A stretch of 64,000 nt of DNA from an uncultured Chloroflexia bacterium (GTDB lineage: Bacteria > Chloroflexota > Dehalococcoidia > DSTF01 > JALHUB01). Of this stretch, positions 38,143 through 49,227 are shown piece after piece. Position 1 is the first letter of the stretch. Each line of letters begins with the position of its first letter. The stretch covers positions 192,001 through 256,000 of the forward strand of contig OY969814.1 in the NCBI GenBank assembly GCA_963703345.1, in the 5' to 3' direction. The notes beneath the pieces were generated by a model. That model did no database searches. It worked only from the letters and a program-made list of their open reading frames with translations, and was not told where the DNA came from. The translations under genes were made by a program, and so were the position numbers.

Positions 38143-38637
38143 ATGATCCAAGAGTGCACGGTTGAGGATGCGGAGCGCATCTGCTTCGTCGTCAATGAGG
38201 CGGCGGAGGCGTATCGCGGCGTCATCCCCGAGGACTGCTGGCACGAGCCGTACATGCCGCTCGATGAGCTGCGTCGCGAGATGGGGTCGATGCGGTTCTT
38301 CGGCTGGGATGAGGGCGACGGCCTAGTCGGGGTGATGGGATACCAGCCGCTGGGCGAGGTCACGCTGGTCCGGCACGCGTACGTTCTGTCGACGCGTCAG
38401 CGCGAGGGGATTGGGGGCAGGCTGCTGGCGCACCTGATGGCGATGCCGTCGGGGAGGTTGCTCGTCGGGACGTGGAAGGCGGCGACGTGGGCTGTGCGGT
38501 TCTACGAGTCGCACGGCTTCCGTCGACCGGGGGAGGAGGAGAGCCAGGAGCTGCTGCGTCGCTACTGGGAGATACCGCAGCGGCAGAGGGAGACCTCGCT
38601 CGTGCTGGAAATGAGGAGCCGGCCGACAGGGAGGTAG
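38143..38637 (+). CDS. GNAT family acetyltransferase
   Basis: HAYV...QREGIG acetyl-CoA motif and AVRFYE.HGF. Confidence 0.88.
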   Translation: MIQECTVEDAERICFVVNEAAEAYRGVIPEDCWHEPYMPLDELRREMGSMRFFGWDEGDGLVGVMGYQPLGEVTLVRHAYVLSTRQREGIGGRLLAHLMAMPSGRLLVGTWKAATWAVRFYESHGFRRPGEEESQELLRRYWEIPQRQRETSLVLEMRSRPTGR

Positions 38638-38639
38638 GC

Positions 38640-39269
38640 TTGACCAGTAGAGCGGTCGGTCTGGCGACTCTGCTCGTCGCGCTGCTCGCGCTCATCCTCT
38701 TCGCGCGCGAGATGGCGAGGATAACGCCGTCATCGTCGCCTTCGCCGGCGACTGCAACTGCAGCGGGCGTCGTCGCCAGCGCGACGCCCACCCGCACGCC
38801 GACCGCCAGCGCCAGCACGACGCCACCCGCCTCGCCTACGCCCACGCCCGCGGTCTTCGCCGGCATCTGCGTCTCTATCGGTGGCCTGCCCGATCGCGGC
38901 TGCACGCCGGGTGCCGTCGACCCCGCCGTGACGCAGGACAACCTCTCGACGACGATCTGCCACGCAGGCTACACGGCTACAGTGAGACCGCCGGTCGACT
39001 ACACCAACGCGCTCAAGAAGTGGCAAATGGGCCTCTACGGCGAGCCCGGCACCGCCGCCGAGTACGAGGAGGACCACCTTATTCCGCTGGAGCTCGGCGG
39101 CAGCCCCCGCGACCCGAAGAACCTGTGGCCGGCGCGGAACGTCTACCACGGCGCGTCGGAGAAGGACGTCGTGGAGAACGGGCTGAATGCGCTCGTGTGC
39201 GATGGGCAGATGACGCTGAGCGAAGCGCAGTCGAGGATAGCGGCCAACTGGCAGACGGCGCTGCCCTGA
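38640..39269 (+). CDS. membrane-anchored/secreted HNH-like protein
   Basis: TTG start with GGAGG, N-terminal TM, PT linker and EEDHLIPLELGG..NLWP..KD..EN. Confidence 0.7.
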   Translation: MTSRAVGLATLLVALLALILFAREMARITPSSSPSPATATAAGVVASATPTRTPTASASTTPPASPTPTPAVFAGICVSIGGLPDRGCTPGAVDPAVTQDNLSTTICHAGYTATVRPPVDYTNALKKWQMGLYGEPGTAAEYEEDHLIPLELGGSPRDPKNLWPARNVYHGASEKDVVENGLNALVCDGQMTLSEAQSRIAANWQTALP

Positions 39270-39329
39270 CCCGCAGCGAGGGACATCGTGGGCCTTAGGA
39301 GATGTGTTGCCTAGAATTCAACAGGCTGT

Positions 39330-39926
39330 TCAGGAAGTAGTGGCGATAGCGATGCCTATTGCCACGGCAACCGCAACGGCGATGGGAAATAGATAGATTC
39401 CAACTCTTAACACCGCCCTAAGCAAAGGAAGTTGGAGCGATTTATGCAGATTCAAGGCCTTGAGGTGCGCATCATAGAAGCACTGCAGCGCATTAGCCAA
39501 TTGATTGATATCTCCCTTTAGTTCGCGACCCTTCACCAGAAGGTCGGCGATCTCGCGTTGGCCAGCAATGATCTCATGTTTCTCGGGCATAGTGCCGTAC
39601 AATAGCCGTTTCAACTCGTATTTGCTCGCGGACCTTTCGATTTGGTAGAGCCGATTAGCTACCATTTTCTCGGCAGGTTCTACGGCTGCCCGCCGAAGGT
39701 GATCGGCAGCATCATGGACATGCTGCGTTACCTCAGCCGGATCGGTCGCCTGTGCCGCAAAGTAGAGATGGTCAAGCGCGTCGCGGAGTTCAGTAATATT
39801 GGAGAGCGCACGAATTCCCTCGGTGGTCTCAAAATGAATAATCGCATCGCGGGCCAATCTGTACGTTGGCCCGCGAAGTAGTTCGATGATTGGGGCGGCT
39901 AAATCAGGGGGTGCTTCGAGTGCCAT
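39330..39926 (-). CDS. hypothetical protein with HEPN-like RxxxxH motif and C-terminal TM helix
   Basis: ELRDALDH and HLRRAA motifs, hydrophobic C-terminus, more AT-rich than the flanks. GGAG RBS. Confidence 0.65.
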   Translation of the reverse strand: MALEAPPDLAAPIIELLRGPTYRLARDAIIHFETTEGIRALSNITELRDALDHLYFAAQATDPAEVTQHVHDAADHLRRAAVEPAEKMVANRLYQIERSASKYELKRLLYGTMPEKHEIIAGQREIADLLVKGRELKGDINQLANALQCFYDAHLKALNLHKSLQLPLLRAVLRVGIYLFPIAVAVAVAIGIAIATTS

Positions 39927-40197
39927 GCCTCTCCAGCAATCGCTCAAGTGCCTTGTCGCGGCGGGCAAATTCCTTATCGCTCAACGTTCGATAGTAGCGA
40001 CTGTCAGCCAAGCCGTCCCGCGTCTTGAGATCCTCGGTCTTGTCAATATTCAGCCGATGCTCTACCTCTTTCAGGGGAACATCCCGCATCGTATTCGCAA
40101 TTGCGTCGATCTGCTCTCTCGTCCGCATTGGCGGCCGACTTCCCGATATCACAGCCCTGAGTTTCCCGAGTAGGGGAGGTGACCTGAACATCCTCAT
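39904..40197 (-). CDS. small hypothetical protein
   Basis: AAAGGAAG RBS; its end overlaps the start of the next gene. Confidence 0.55.
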   Translation of the reverse strand: MRMFRSPPLLGKLRAVISGSRPPMRTREQIDAIANTMRDVPLKEVEHRLNIDKTEDLKTRDGLADSRYYRTLSDKEFARRDKALERLLERHGTRSTP

Positions 40198-40616
40198 GTC
40201 ACGCTTCCTTTCTTCTCCGCTGCCGCCTTCATCATGAGCATCGGCGGACAGCTAAGCCGTCCGAAGGGATCGGCGCTACAATGCACAAGCGGTAGTCGAA
40301 ATCTGGCGGGGAAGACCGGAACACTCGCCGCAGTCCACTCCCTGCGGCTGAGGACGGGTGTAAACGCAGCAGCCTTCCTTGGCTGTAAAGCTTCCCTTGG
40401 TGTCACCCTCCGACTGTCAGCCGATTACCATAAGCCCGTCGTCTATGTATTATGACAGTCTGCCATAGATTGTCAAGCGCGTACACCTGAGTTTCGCAAC
40501 AGGCTATATGCAGAGGTGTGGGGCTACTGGAAGAGGATTGCGCGCTAGTGTATGCTTAACGGCGTAACTTTCCCCTGCCTACGGCGGGCAAGCCTTCCAG
40601 CGGAGGAGACACTGCG

Positions 40617-41903
40617 ATGACTGTCACTACATCTGAAGTTCGAGCAAAGGGCGAGGCGGCAAAGGCCACGGCGCGTCGCATGGCGGCGCTGTCCACGGAC
40701 GCCAAGAACGCGGCGCTCCACGCTATCGCCGACGCGCTGCTGGCGCACGAGCGGGAGATCATCGCGGCGAACCAGGCGGACTACGCCGAGGGCAAGCAGG
40801 CCGGCCTCAGCGACGAGATGCTGGAGCGCATGATGCTCGACCACGCCCGCGTCGAAGGCATCGCCGCCGATACGCGGAACGTGGCGAAGCTGCCGGACCC
40901 GGTCGGCGAGCGCTTCGACCTGACGATTCGCCCCAACGGGCTGGTCATCGGCAAGATGCGGGTGCCTATCGGCGTCATCGGCGCCATCTTCGAGAGCCGG
41001 CCGAACGTGGCGGTGGACATCGCGTCGCTGTGCCTGAAGTCGGGCAACGCCTGCTTGCTGCGCGGCGGCGAGGAGTGCGCGCGGTCGAACACGCTGCTGG
41101 GGCGCATCACGGCGGAGGCGGCGACGAAGGCGGGCGTGCCGGAAGGGGCGATCCAGCTCGTCGAATCGCTGGACCGGGCGCTGGTGCGCGAGATGCTGAA
41201 GATGAACGACGTCATCGACCTGCTGATCCCACGCGGCGGGCCGGGCCTGGTGTCGATGGTGCGGGAGAACGCGACGATGCCGGTGGTATCCGCGGCGGCG
41301 GGCGTCTGCCACACGTACGTCGACAAGGCGGCGGACCTGGCGATGGCGGTGAACATCGTCAACAACGCCAAGACGCGCCGCCCGACGATCTGCAACGCGC
41401 TGGAGTGCCTGCTGGTGCACCGCGACGTGGCGGAGGCGTTCCTGCCGCAGATAGCGTCGAAGTGGTCGGAGAAAGGCGTCGAGATGCGCTGCGACCCGAC
41501 GGCGCTGAGCATCCTGCAGAAGTCGGACGGGTCGAAGGGCTGGAAGACGGTGCCCGCGTCGCCGGACGACTTCGGCAAGGAGTTCCTGACGTTCATCGCG
41601 GCCGTCAAGGTCGTCGATTCGCCCGAGGAGGCGATGGCGCACATCGCGCGCTACGGCTCGGGCCACTCGGAGGCGATTGTGACGTCGGACTGGCCGACGG
41701 CGGAGCGCTTCCTGTCGGAGGTCGACGCGGCGGCGGTGTACCACAACGCGAGCACGCAGTTCACGGACGGCGCGCAGTTCGGGCTGGGCGCGGAGATCGG
41801 GATATCGACGCAGAAGATGCACGCGCGCGGGCCGATGGCGCTGAAGGAGCTGACGACGTATAAGTGGGTGATCCTGGGAAACGGCCAGATTCGCCCATCG
41901 TAG
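40617..41903 (+). CDS. proA: glutamate-5-semialdehyde dehydrogenase
   Basis: FESRPNV, PRGG, CNALE, SGHSEAI, NASTQFTDG and HARGP. Confidence 0.97.
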   Translation: MTVTTSEVRAKGEAAKATARRMAALSTDAKNAALHAIADALLAHEREIIAANQADYAEGKQAGLSDEMLERMMLDHARVEGIAADTRNVAKLPDPVGERFDLTIRPNGLVIGKMRVPIGVIGAIFESRPNVAVDIASLCLKSGNACLLRGGEECARSNTLLGRITAEAATKAGVPEGAIQLVESLDRALVREMLKMNDVIDLLIPRGGPGLVSMVRENATMPVVSAAAGVCHTYVDKAADLAMAVNIVNNAKTRRPTICNALECLLVHRDVAEAFLPQIASKWSEKGVEMRCDPTALSILQKSDGSKGWKTVPASPDDFGKEFLTFIAAVKVVDSPEEAMAHIARYGSGHSEAIVTSDWPTAERFLSEVDAAAVYHNASTQFTDGAQFGLGAEIGISTQKMHARGPMALKELTTYKWVILGNGQIRPS

Positions 41904-41931
41904 ACACGCCCGTAATAGCAAGGAGGAAAGG

Positions 41932-42282
41932 ATGCCGGACTACTACTTCGAGCGGGAGTGCCGGACGTCGCACTCGGAATCGTTCTTGATCGAAGCCGAC
42001 GGCGCCGACCTGGGGCGCGTCGACCTGCATTACACGCTGGGCGTCACCTACGCCACGCTGTGCGTCCCCACCGGCACGTCGGAGGACGACATCCAGGAGC
42101 TCATCTCGGAGATCGACGAGCGGCTGGTGATGACCAACGACCCCTACCGCGAGGACTTCATCGTGACCGTGTGGGCCGGCCAGGAGCTGGGCGTGTACTC
42201 CGAAGAGGAGGAGGAAGAAGAGGACGAGGAGGAGGAAGAAGACGAGGAGGAGGAAGCGGAAGGGAACGGCCACCGGGACTAG
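41932..42282 (+). CDS. hypothetical protein with poly-Glu/Asp tail
   Basis: AAGGAGG RBS; folded-looking N-terminus and a run of about 20 acidic residues. Confidence 0.75.
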   Translation: MPDYYFERECRTSHSESFLIEADGADLGRVDLHYTLGVTYATLCVPTGTSEDDIQELISEIDERLVMTNDPYREDFIVTVWAGQELGVYSEEEEEEEDEEEEEDEEEEAEGNGHRD

Positions 42283-42330
42283 CCAGACCGGTGAGCCACG
42301 GAATGCAACCGGAGAACGCTTCTTTGCCGC

Positions 42331-43706
<1,376 letters not shown>

Positions 43707-43957
43707 CGGCGCGTCTCCTTCGTGATGCGAGTGATGTGGTTGGTCATGAGTCCGACCCTGGCCCATAGTATATAGCACGCGCCGCGCTATCGGCTGCGGG
43801 CGGTTGGCTCAACGCGGATTCGAGGCTAATCGACCGCGTATAATTGCAGCTATGCTGGGTCTCAGGTTCGGATTCTCAATCTGGGTGAGACGCCCGACCT
43901 ACGCGACTGCGATGGTCGGGGTCGCCACGACGAACGTTGGCTTGAGTCCGTCGGCCT

Positions 43958-44887
43958 CTAGCGGGGCAGGGGGCGAGGCTCCGTGTAGCGGCCGTCGTCG
44001 GGCTCCAGGTGGATCGTGACTTCGGCGCCGGGCAACCGCTCGACTATCTCCCGCTCGATCCGGTCGCAGATTTCGTGCATCTCCCGCACGCTCTTGCTCG
44101 CCTCGACGATGAGGTGCAGCTCCACGTAGCGCTCCCGCCCTGAGCGGCGCGAGCGCAGCTTGTGAAAGCCTCGAACGTCGCCGGGATAACGCTGGATGGT
44201 CTCCAGGACGACGTCTTCTTCCTCCGTCGGCAATCGCACGTCCATGATCTGCCGCGAGGCGGCGAGGGCGATGCGGATCGCGGAGAAAATGAGGAAGGCG
44301 CTCAGCATCAGGGCGACGACAGCGTCGAACTCGCGCCTGCCGGTCAGGCCGACGAGGGCGAGGGCAACGACCACGGCGGCGGCTTGGCCCAGGTTCGTCC
44401 AGAGGTGTCGGGTGCCGGCGGCCAGCGCCAGGGAGCCGGTCGCGCGGGCGGCTCTCGAAACGTAGAAGGCGACGCCCAGGTTGACGGCGCCGGTTATCGC
44501 CATGGCGACGATGCCGAGGCCGATGTCGATCTTCGCCTCGCCAACGACGAGCCGGTGCAGCGCCTGGTAGAAGATGAAGAAGCCGCCGATGGCGATGAGG
44601 AGCGCTTCGATGGCCGCGGCAATTCCTTCCGCTTTGCCGTGGCCGTAGGGATGCTCCAGGTCGGCGGGCTTCGCTGAGAGCCGGACGCTCCAGAGGTCGA
44701 ATGAAGAGGCGCCGATATCCTCGCCGCTGTCCACGGCGTCGGAGAGAACGGCGATGCTCCCGGTCATGATCCCCACGACGAGCTTCAGCACGAGAACGAC
44801 GCTGTTGGAGATTACAGGGACGACGGCCGCGCGCGATGCGGGGTCGTCCAGGAAGGCGGGCCGTCGGCGGATCAACGGCAGGCTCAC
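43958..44887 (-). CDS. cation diffusion facilitator family transporter
   Basis: S.A.LSDA, PAD..HPYGHGKAE and C-terminal H.LRSR..G..H..IH.EP. Confidence 0.92.
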   Translation of the reverse strand: MSLPLIRRRPAFLDDPASRAAVVPVISNSVVLVLKLVVGIMTGSIAVLSDAVDSGEDIGASSFDLWSVRLSAKPADLEHPYGHGKAEGIAAAIEALLIAIGGFFIFYQALHRLVVGEAKIDIGLGIVAMAITGAVNLGVAFYVSRAARATGSLALAAGTRHLWTNLGQAAAVVVALALVGLTGRREFDAVVALMLSAFLIFSAIRIALAASRQIMDVRLPTEEEDVVLETIQRYPGDVRGFHKLRSRRSGRERYVELHLIVEASKSVREMHEICDRIEREIVERLPGAEVTIHLEPDDGRYTEPRPLPR

Positions 44888-45918
44888 CGCGAGAGGTCTC
44901 CTTCCTCCAGCTCGGCAAGAGGCGGCGCTGAGGGCGCGGGCGCGGCTCTGAGGGCGGCGCGGGCGCTAATGCGTCGCGTGGTGATGGCGAGGACGGCGAG
45001 GCCGACGAAGACGCCGAACCAGAGCGTCGTGAAGCGTATTATCAGCGCGGCCAGGGTGGCCACGCTCTTGCTCATACCTTCGACCATAACCTGCAAGAGG
45101 CCGGTGATGCCGCCTTCGGCCACGCCGAGGCCGCCCGGAGCGATGATGATGACGGCGCCCGCGAGCGTGGAGATGGGCAGGATGAACGCCGCCTTCAGGA
45201 GCAGCATGCCGGAGCCGTGGTAGCCGAGGCCGGTGAGGACGAGGTAGAAAGCCACGACTTCGCCGCCCCAGGAGATGAAGCTCAGGAACGTCGTGAGGAT
45301 CAGGCTCCAGGGCTCGAAGAGGACGTAAGTGGTCTCGTAAAACTCCTCGACGCGGGTGGCGAAGCGCGAAAGCACCGGCGCGCGCTCGGCGGCGTGGAGG
45401 ATGGCGCGCATGGTTGGACGGTGGCGCGTCACGACCATGGCCACGACGCAGATGAGGACGACGACCACGAACACCTCCCACGCCTCGCCGAAGACGATAA
45501 AGCCGGCGACGGCCAGCAGCAAGAGGGCGACGCTATCGGTAAAGCGCTCGGCGAGAAGGATGGGCGCGGTGCGCAGGAAGGGAATGCCGCGCATCTCCTG
45601 CAGCAGGTAGCTCTTCAGCCATTCGCCGAACTTCCCCGGCGTAATGACCATCGCCAGGCCGGAGAAGAAGGCCAGGAAGCTCTCCGTCTTCGACACGTCG
45701 TGGATGCCGATCTGATGCAGGTAGAAGTGCCATTTGATGAAGCGGATGACGTAGTTGCACATGGAGAGCGCCAGGAGCAGCGGCAGGAGCTCCCAGCGAA
45801 AGTCGCCCAGGCGTCCCAAGATGTCAGAGAAGTCGCCGTAGGCCATGAGGGCGACGACTACGATCATTCCGAGCAGGAGAGACAGGATGAACTTGCCGCG
45901 GAGATTCTTCAGGGTCAA
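44884..45918 (-). CDS. UPF0104/lysylphosphatidylglycerol synthase TM (flippase-like) protein
   Basis: TPGKFGE, ER..D, PGGLGVAE and R..TLW; polytopic. Confidence 0.85.
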   Translation of the reverse strand: MTLKNLRGKFILSLLLGMIVVVALMAYGDFSDILGRLGDFRWELLPLLLALSMCNYVIRFIKWHFYLHQIGIHDVSKTESFLAFFSGLAMVITPGKFGEWLKSYLLQEMRGIPFLRTAPILLAERFTDSVALLLLAVAGFIVFGEAWEVFVVVVLICVVAMVVTRHRPTMRAILHAAERAPVLSRFATRVEEFYETTYVLFEPWSLILTTFLSFISWGGEVVAFYLVLTGLGYHGSGMLLLKAAFILPISTLAGAVIIIAPGGLGVAEGGITGLLQVMVEGMSKSVATLAALIIRFTTLWFGVFVGLAVLAITTRRISARAALRAAPAPSAPPLAELEEGDLSR

Positions 45919-45945
45919 AAGGGCATCCTCTCCGATGGAGGGTCT

Positions 45946-47034
45946 TTAATAGCTCTGGAAGAGCTTCCCCCATTCAGTCTGGAGGGCCTGCTTTACTCTC
46001 TTTCGACCGACGAGAGGGTACCAGAAGTAGTTGTAATACACGTTGGAGGCGAAGAACGCCCAGGGGACTATCGGCGTGCGGAGCAGGAGCTTCTCGAAAG
46101 GCTTGAGGGGGCCCCAGTAGATCAGCTTCTGGCCGCGACTGGCGAACGTATCCTCGTCGCTGCGAAAGCCGAAGTTGATGCCGTCGATGTCCATGCCGAC
46201 GATATCGATCTTGCTTGGGTCGCCGCAGCCGAGGCCGCGCTCGTGAGCGAGACGGATGAATTTGAGGGAGAGCGGGTCGAAGCCCATCAGCTTCGCGGCC
46301 ACAGCGTCGATGGCGACCTGGTCGGCGCTGGCGAGGAGGAGGTTCTTGACGTGAGGTCGCATGGCGCGGGGGCCCGGGCCGTCGCCGGCGATGGTGCCGT
46401 CCATGACGGCAAAGATGCCGGGGTGAATCTCCTTCTGGATCGTCAGCAGGTCGACCAGCGTCTCGTGGATGACGGAGTGGGTCCAGTGGCGTCGATAGCT
46501 GAGCAGGCCGCCGAATGCGTTCTTCATCGCGCCGGTCGTGGTTGTGAAGACGTGGGTCTTGAGCGTGGGCAGGTGGATGACGTTCTTGCCGATGAGGGCC
46601 TGCGGGACCTTGATGCCGTCGGGGAATACTTTGTCGAGGACGAGCATCTCGCCCTTCGGCTTGTAGTCGACCCAGACGGCGTCTTTGTCGGTGAGGTGGA
46701 CGCTCTTGAGGCCGTAGCGGTCGAGGACGGCCTTGTGCTTGTTCCTGACCTCGCCGTCATGAGAGTCGACAACGACGGTGCCGTTCTGGGCGGGCATAAT
46801 CCCGTCATAGCCGTCGCGGAGAAGCGTGCGGACAACGCCTTCGAGTTGCCAGGGCGTTGTGGAGCAGCCCGGGTAGTAGTGCTGCCAGGAGATGTTGATC
46901 TTGAGAACGGTCTCGACGTCGCGCGGCAGGGCGCCCATCGAACCGGCGATGTGCATTACGTGTGCAATGTCGTCGAGGACAGTCGGCGCGCTCGTGTAGA
47001 CGACGGCTACGCGAGAGCGTGATTCTGCTGTCAT
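45946..47034 (-). CDS. DUF362 domain protein (putative Fe-S)
   Basis: LKIN, LPTLKTH..T.TGAMKN.FG, G.GP and D.VAID. Confidence 0.82.
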   Translation of the reverse strand: MTAESRSRVAVVYTSAPTVLDDIAHVMHIAGSMGALPRDVETVLKINISWQHYYPGCSTTPWQLEGVVRTLLRDGYDGIMPAQNGTVVVDSHDGEVRNKHKAVLDRYGLKSVHLTDKDAVWVDYKPKGEMLVLDKVFPDGIKVPQALIGKNVIHLPTLKTHVFTTTTGAMKNAFGGLLSYRRHWTHSVIHETLVDLLTIQKEIHPGIFAVMDGTIAGDGPGPRAMRPHVKNLLLASADQVAIDAVAAKLMGFDPLSLKFIRLAHERGLGCGDPSKIDIVGMDIDGINFGFRSDEDTFASRGQKLIYWGPLKPFEKLLLRTPIVPWAFFASNVYYNYFWYPLVGRKRVKQALQTEWGKLFQSY

Positions 47035-47249
47035 GATTGTCCTTCTGGTTTCTCCGGCGCCGGCGTCGGCCCCGGTAAGGTGAGCAATCGTACGGCTATT
47101 ATAAGGCGGCGGCTGATTCGGCGTCTATTGTGGGCGGCTGGTCAGTGGTTGCCTTGACAAGCCGCCAAGGGCTTCTGTAAAGTTGATGAAGCTAATGCTC
47201 GACAGGGACCGGCGGCGGAAGCCGGTTTCTGCGCTAATGGAGGCAACAC

Positions 47250-48173
47250 GTGACGCAAGAACCGGAAACGCAAGAACCCCTGCAGGTCGAGGAGCCGCAG
47301 AAGGCGGCGGAAAAGGCGCCATCGCCGCCACCGCGCGGCGCAGTGACCCTTCCTCCTCTCATCATGCAGTTCATCGTCGGAGTGGCGGCGGCGATTGCCG
47401 TCGTCGCGGTAGCGGCGGGAATCAACCACGCCTGGCCGATCTTCGGATCCGGCTCGTCGGGAGGGACGCAGGTAACGGCGCCGCTACCAACGGCCGCGGC
47501 GAACCCAACGCCCTCCTACCTCACTGCCGAGAAGTTCCGTGAGGCCACGCCGGTCACAATCGACATCGCCGACGCGCCGACGCAGGGGCCGAAAGACGCC
47601 AAGGTGACGATTGTCGAGTTCTCCGACTTCGAGTGCCCGTACTGCGACAGGTTCGTCACCCAAACGCTGCCGTCGATCTTGAAGAACTACGGCGACAAAG
47701 TCCAGTTCGCTTTCCGGAACTACCCTCTGCCGGCAACCATGCATCCTTACGCAGAGAAGGCCGCCGAGGCGGGCGAGTGCGCGAATGACCAGGGCGCCTT
47801 CTGGCAGTTCCACGATCTGGCCTTCCAGAACCAGACGGCGCTGGCGGGAATGGTGCAGGCGGACGCGACGAATGGCGTGAACCAGGTAGTGGCGCAGCTC
47901 AAGCAGTACGCGACCACGATGAAACTGGACACCAACGCCTTCAATAGCTGTCTCGACTCAGGCGCAGACAAGGCGAAGGTCGATTCCGATATGAAGGCCA
48001 TGAGCGATGCGATGTCGGAGGCGGGCGTATCCAGCTTTGGAACGCCTTCGTTCTTCATCAACGGTAAGTTCGTGAGCGGCGCCTACCCTTACGACAGCAG
48101 CGCATCGGGCTACGCGGACGGGATGTTCACGTTCCAGCAGGCGATCGACGACTCTCTGGCGGCGGCCCAGTAG
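47250..48173 (+). CDS. membrane-anchored DsbA/thioredoxin family protein
   Basis: TM helix, EFSDFECPYC, cis-Pro motif GTPSFFING. Confidence 0.9.
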   Translation: MTQEPETQEPLQVEEPQKAAEKAPSPPPRGAVTLPPLIMQFIVGVAAAIAVVAVAAGINHAWPIFGSGSSGGTQVTAPLPTAAANPTPSYLTAEKFREATPVTIDIADAPTQGPKDAKVTIVEFSDFECPYCDRFVTQTLPSILKNYGDKVQFAFRNYPLPATMHPYAEKAAEAGECANDQGAFWQFHDLAFQNQTALAGMVQADATNGVNQVVAQLKQYATTMKLDTNAFNSCLDSGADKAKVDSDMKAMSDAMSEAGVSSFGTPSFFINGKFVSGAYPYDSSASGYADGMFTFQQAIDDSLAAAQ

Positions 48174-48204
48174 CAGCGAAGAAGATAGCAGCTAAATCGG
48201 GCGG

Positions 48205-48457
48205 CTAGGAAAGGGCGATATCGCCACTCTTGCCGCCCGATTTCTTTAGCAAGCGCACGCCCTCGATTCGGATCCCGCGCTCCACGGCCTTGCACATGTC
48301 GTAGACGTGAGGCGGCAACGACGACGGCCGTCAGCGCTTCCATCTCCACACCCGTCTTCCCCGTGCAGCGGTCGGTGACGGAGATGCGCAGGTAGTCGAT
48401 GCGGCGTCCGCAGGCGTCGAAAAACGTGGACGCCTCAGGAGCTTCTCGCGGTCTCAC
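48205..48457 (-). pseudogene. moaA'::'moaC deletion-fusion relic with frameshift
   Basis: MoaA N-terminus D.CGRRIDYLRISVTDRC joins directly to MoaC C-terminus [14 protein letters not shown]. After a frameshift near 48305-48312 it continues [28 protein letters not shown]. Confidence 0.88.
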
Positions 48458-49091
48458 GAAGCATCTCCCTGAGGACGGCGCAGGCCTGGCGGGCGGCGTC
48501 GGCGCGGTGGCTGATGGCATTCTTCTCGTCGGCTGTCAGCTCGGCCATCGTGCGGCCGAGCTGCGGCAGGTAGAAGACGGGGTCGTAGCCGAAGCCGTGA
48601 TGGCCGCGCGGCTCTTCCGTGATGACGCCCGGGCATTCGCCTTCGAAGAAGCAGACAGCGCCGTCGGGCGAGGCGAGGGCGATGAAGCAGCGGAAGCGGG
48701 CACCTCTCTTCTCCGGCGGGACGTCCTTCATCTGCGCCAGGACGAGCTCGACGCCCTGCTCGTCCGTCTGGTCGGGGCCGGCATAACGAGCGGAAGAGGG
48801 ACCGGGCCGCCCGCCCAGCGCCTCGACCTCCAGGCCCGAGTCGTCGGCGAGGGTGAGGAGGCCGCTGGCCGCCGCGAAGGCTTCGGCCTTGATACGCGCG
48901 TTGTCGGCGTAGTCGCTGCCGCTCTCCTCGACGGATAGGTTTAGCCCAAGCTCAGCGGGGCTGACCAACTGCCAGCCGCAGCCCCGGAGGAGGGCGCCGT
49001 ATTCCGCCAGCTTACCGGCGTTGTTGGTGGCGATGAGCAGTTGCGGCAAGGGAGTCGTTTTTGCTTTCGACGAGGTCAGTGCTAAGTCCAT
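48435..49091 (-). CDS. rdgB: non-canonical purine NTP pyrophosphatase (RdgB/HAM1)
   Basis: ATNNAGKL.E, ADDSGL, GFGYDP and KN.ISHR. Confidence 0.95.
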   Translation of the reverse strand: MDLALTSSKAKTTPLPQLLIATNNAGKLAEYGALLRGCGWQLVSPAELGLNLSVEESGSDYADNARIKAEAFAAASGLLTLADDSGLEVEALGGRPGPSSARYAGPDQTDEQGVELVLAQMKDVPPEKRGARFRCFIALASPDGAVCFFEGECPGVITEEPRGHHGFGYDPVFYLPQLGRTMAELTADEKNAISHRADAARQACAVLREMLRETARSS

Positions 49092-49227
49092 GCTAGCGAT
49101 TGGACGCCAAACGTGTCAAACGATGCGCTCCTTCGCCTGCCGGAAAGCGCTTGTCGATTTCCCTGTGCTATAATCTTGGCGGTTTCCATTGAACCTCCAG
49201 AAACGCTCCCAGAGGCCCGCACTCCCG

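Noticed and set aside
42200-42262. GAG/GAA/GAC triplet run as a non-coding repeat
   Set aside because: It is the coding poly-acidic tail of ORF 41932-42282.
48110-48520. 136-aa ORF as a functional novel protein
   Set aside because: It is explained as the moaA/moaC relic read through a frameshift.
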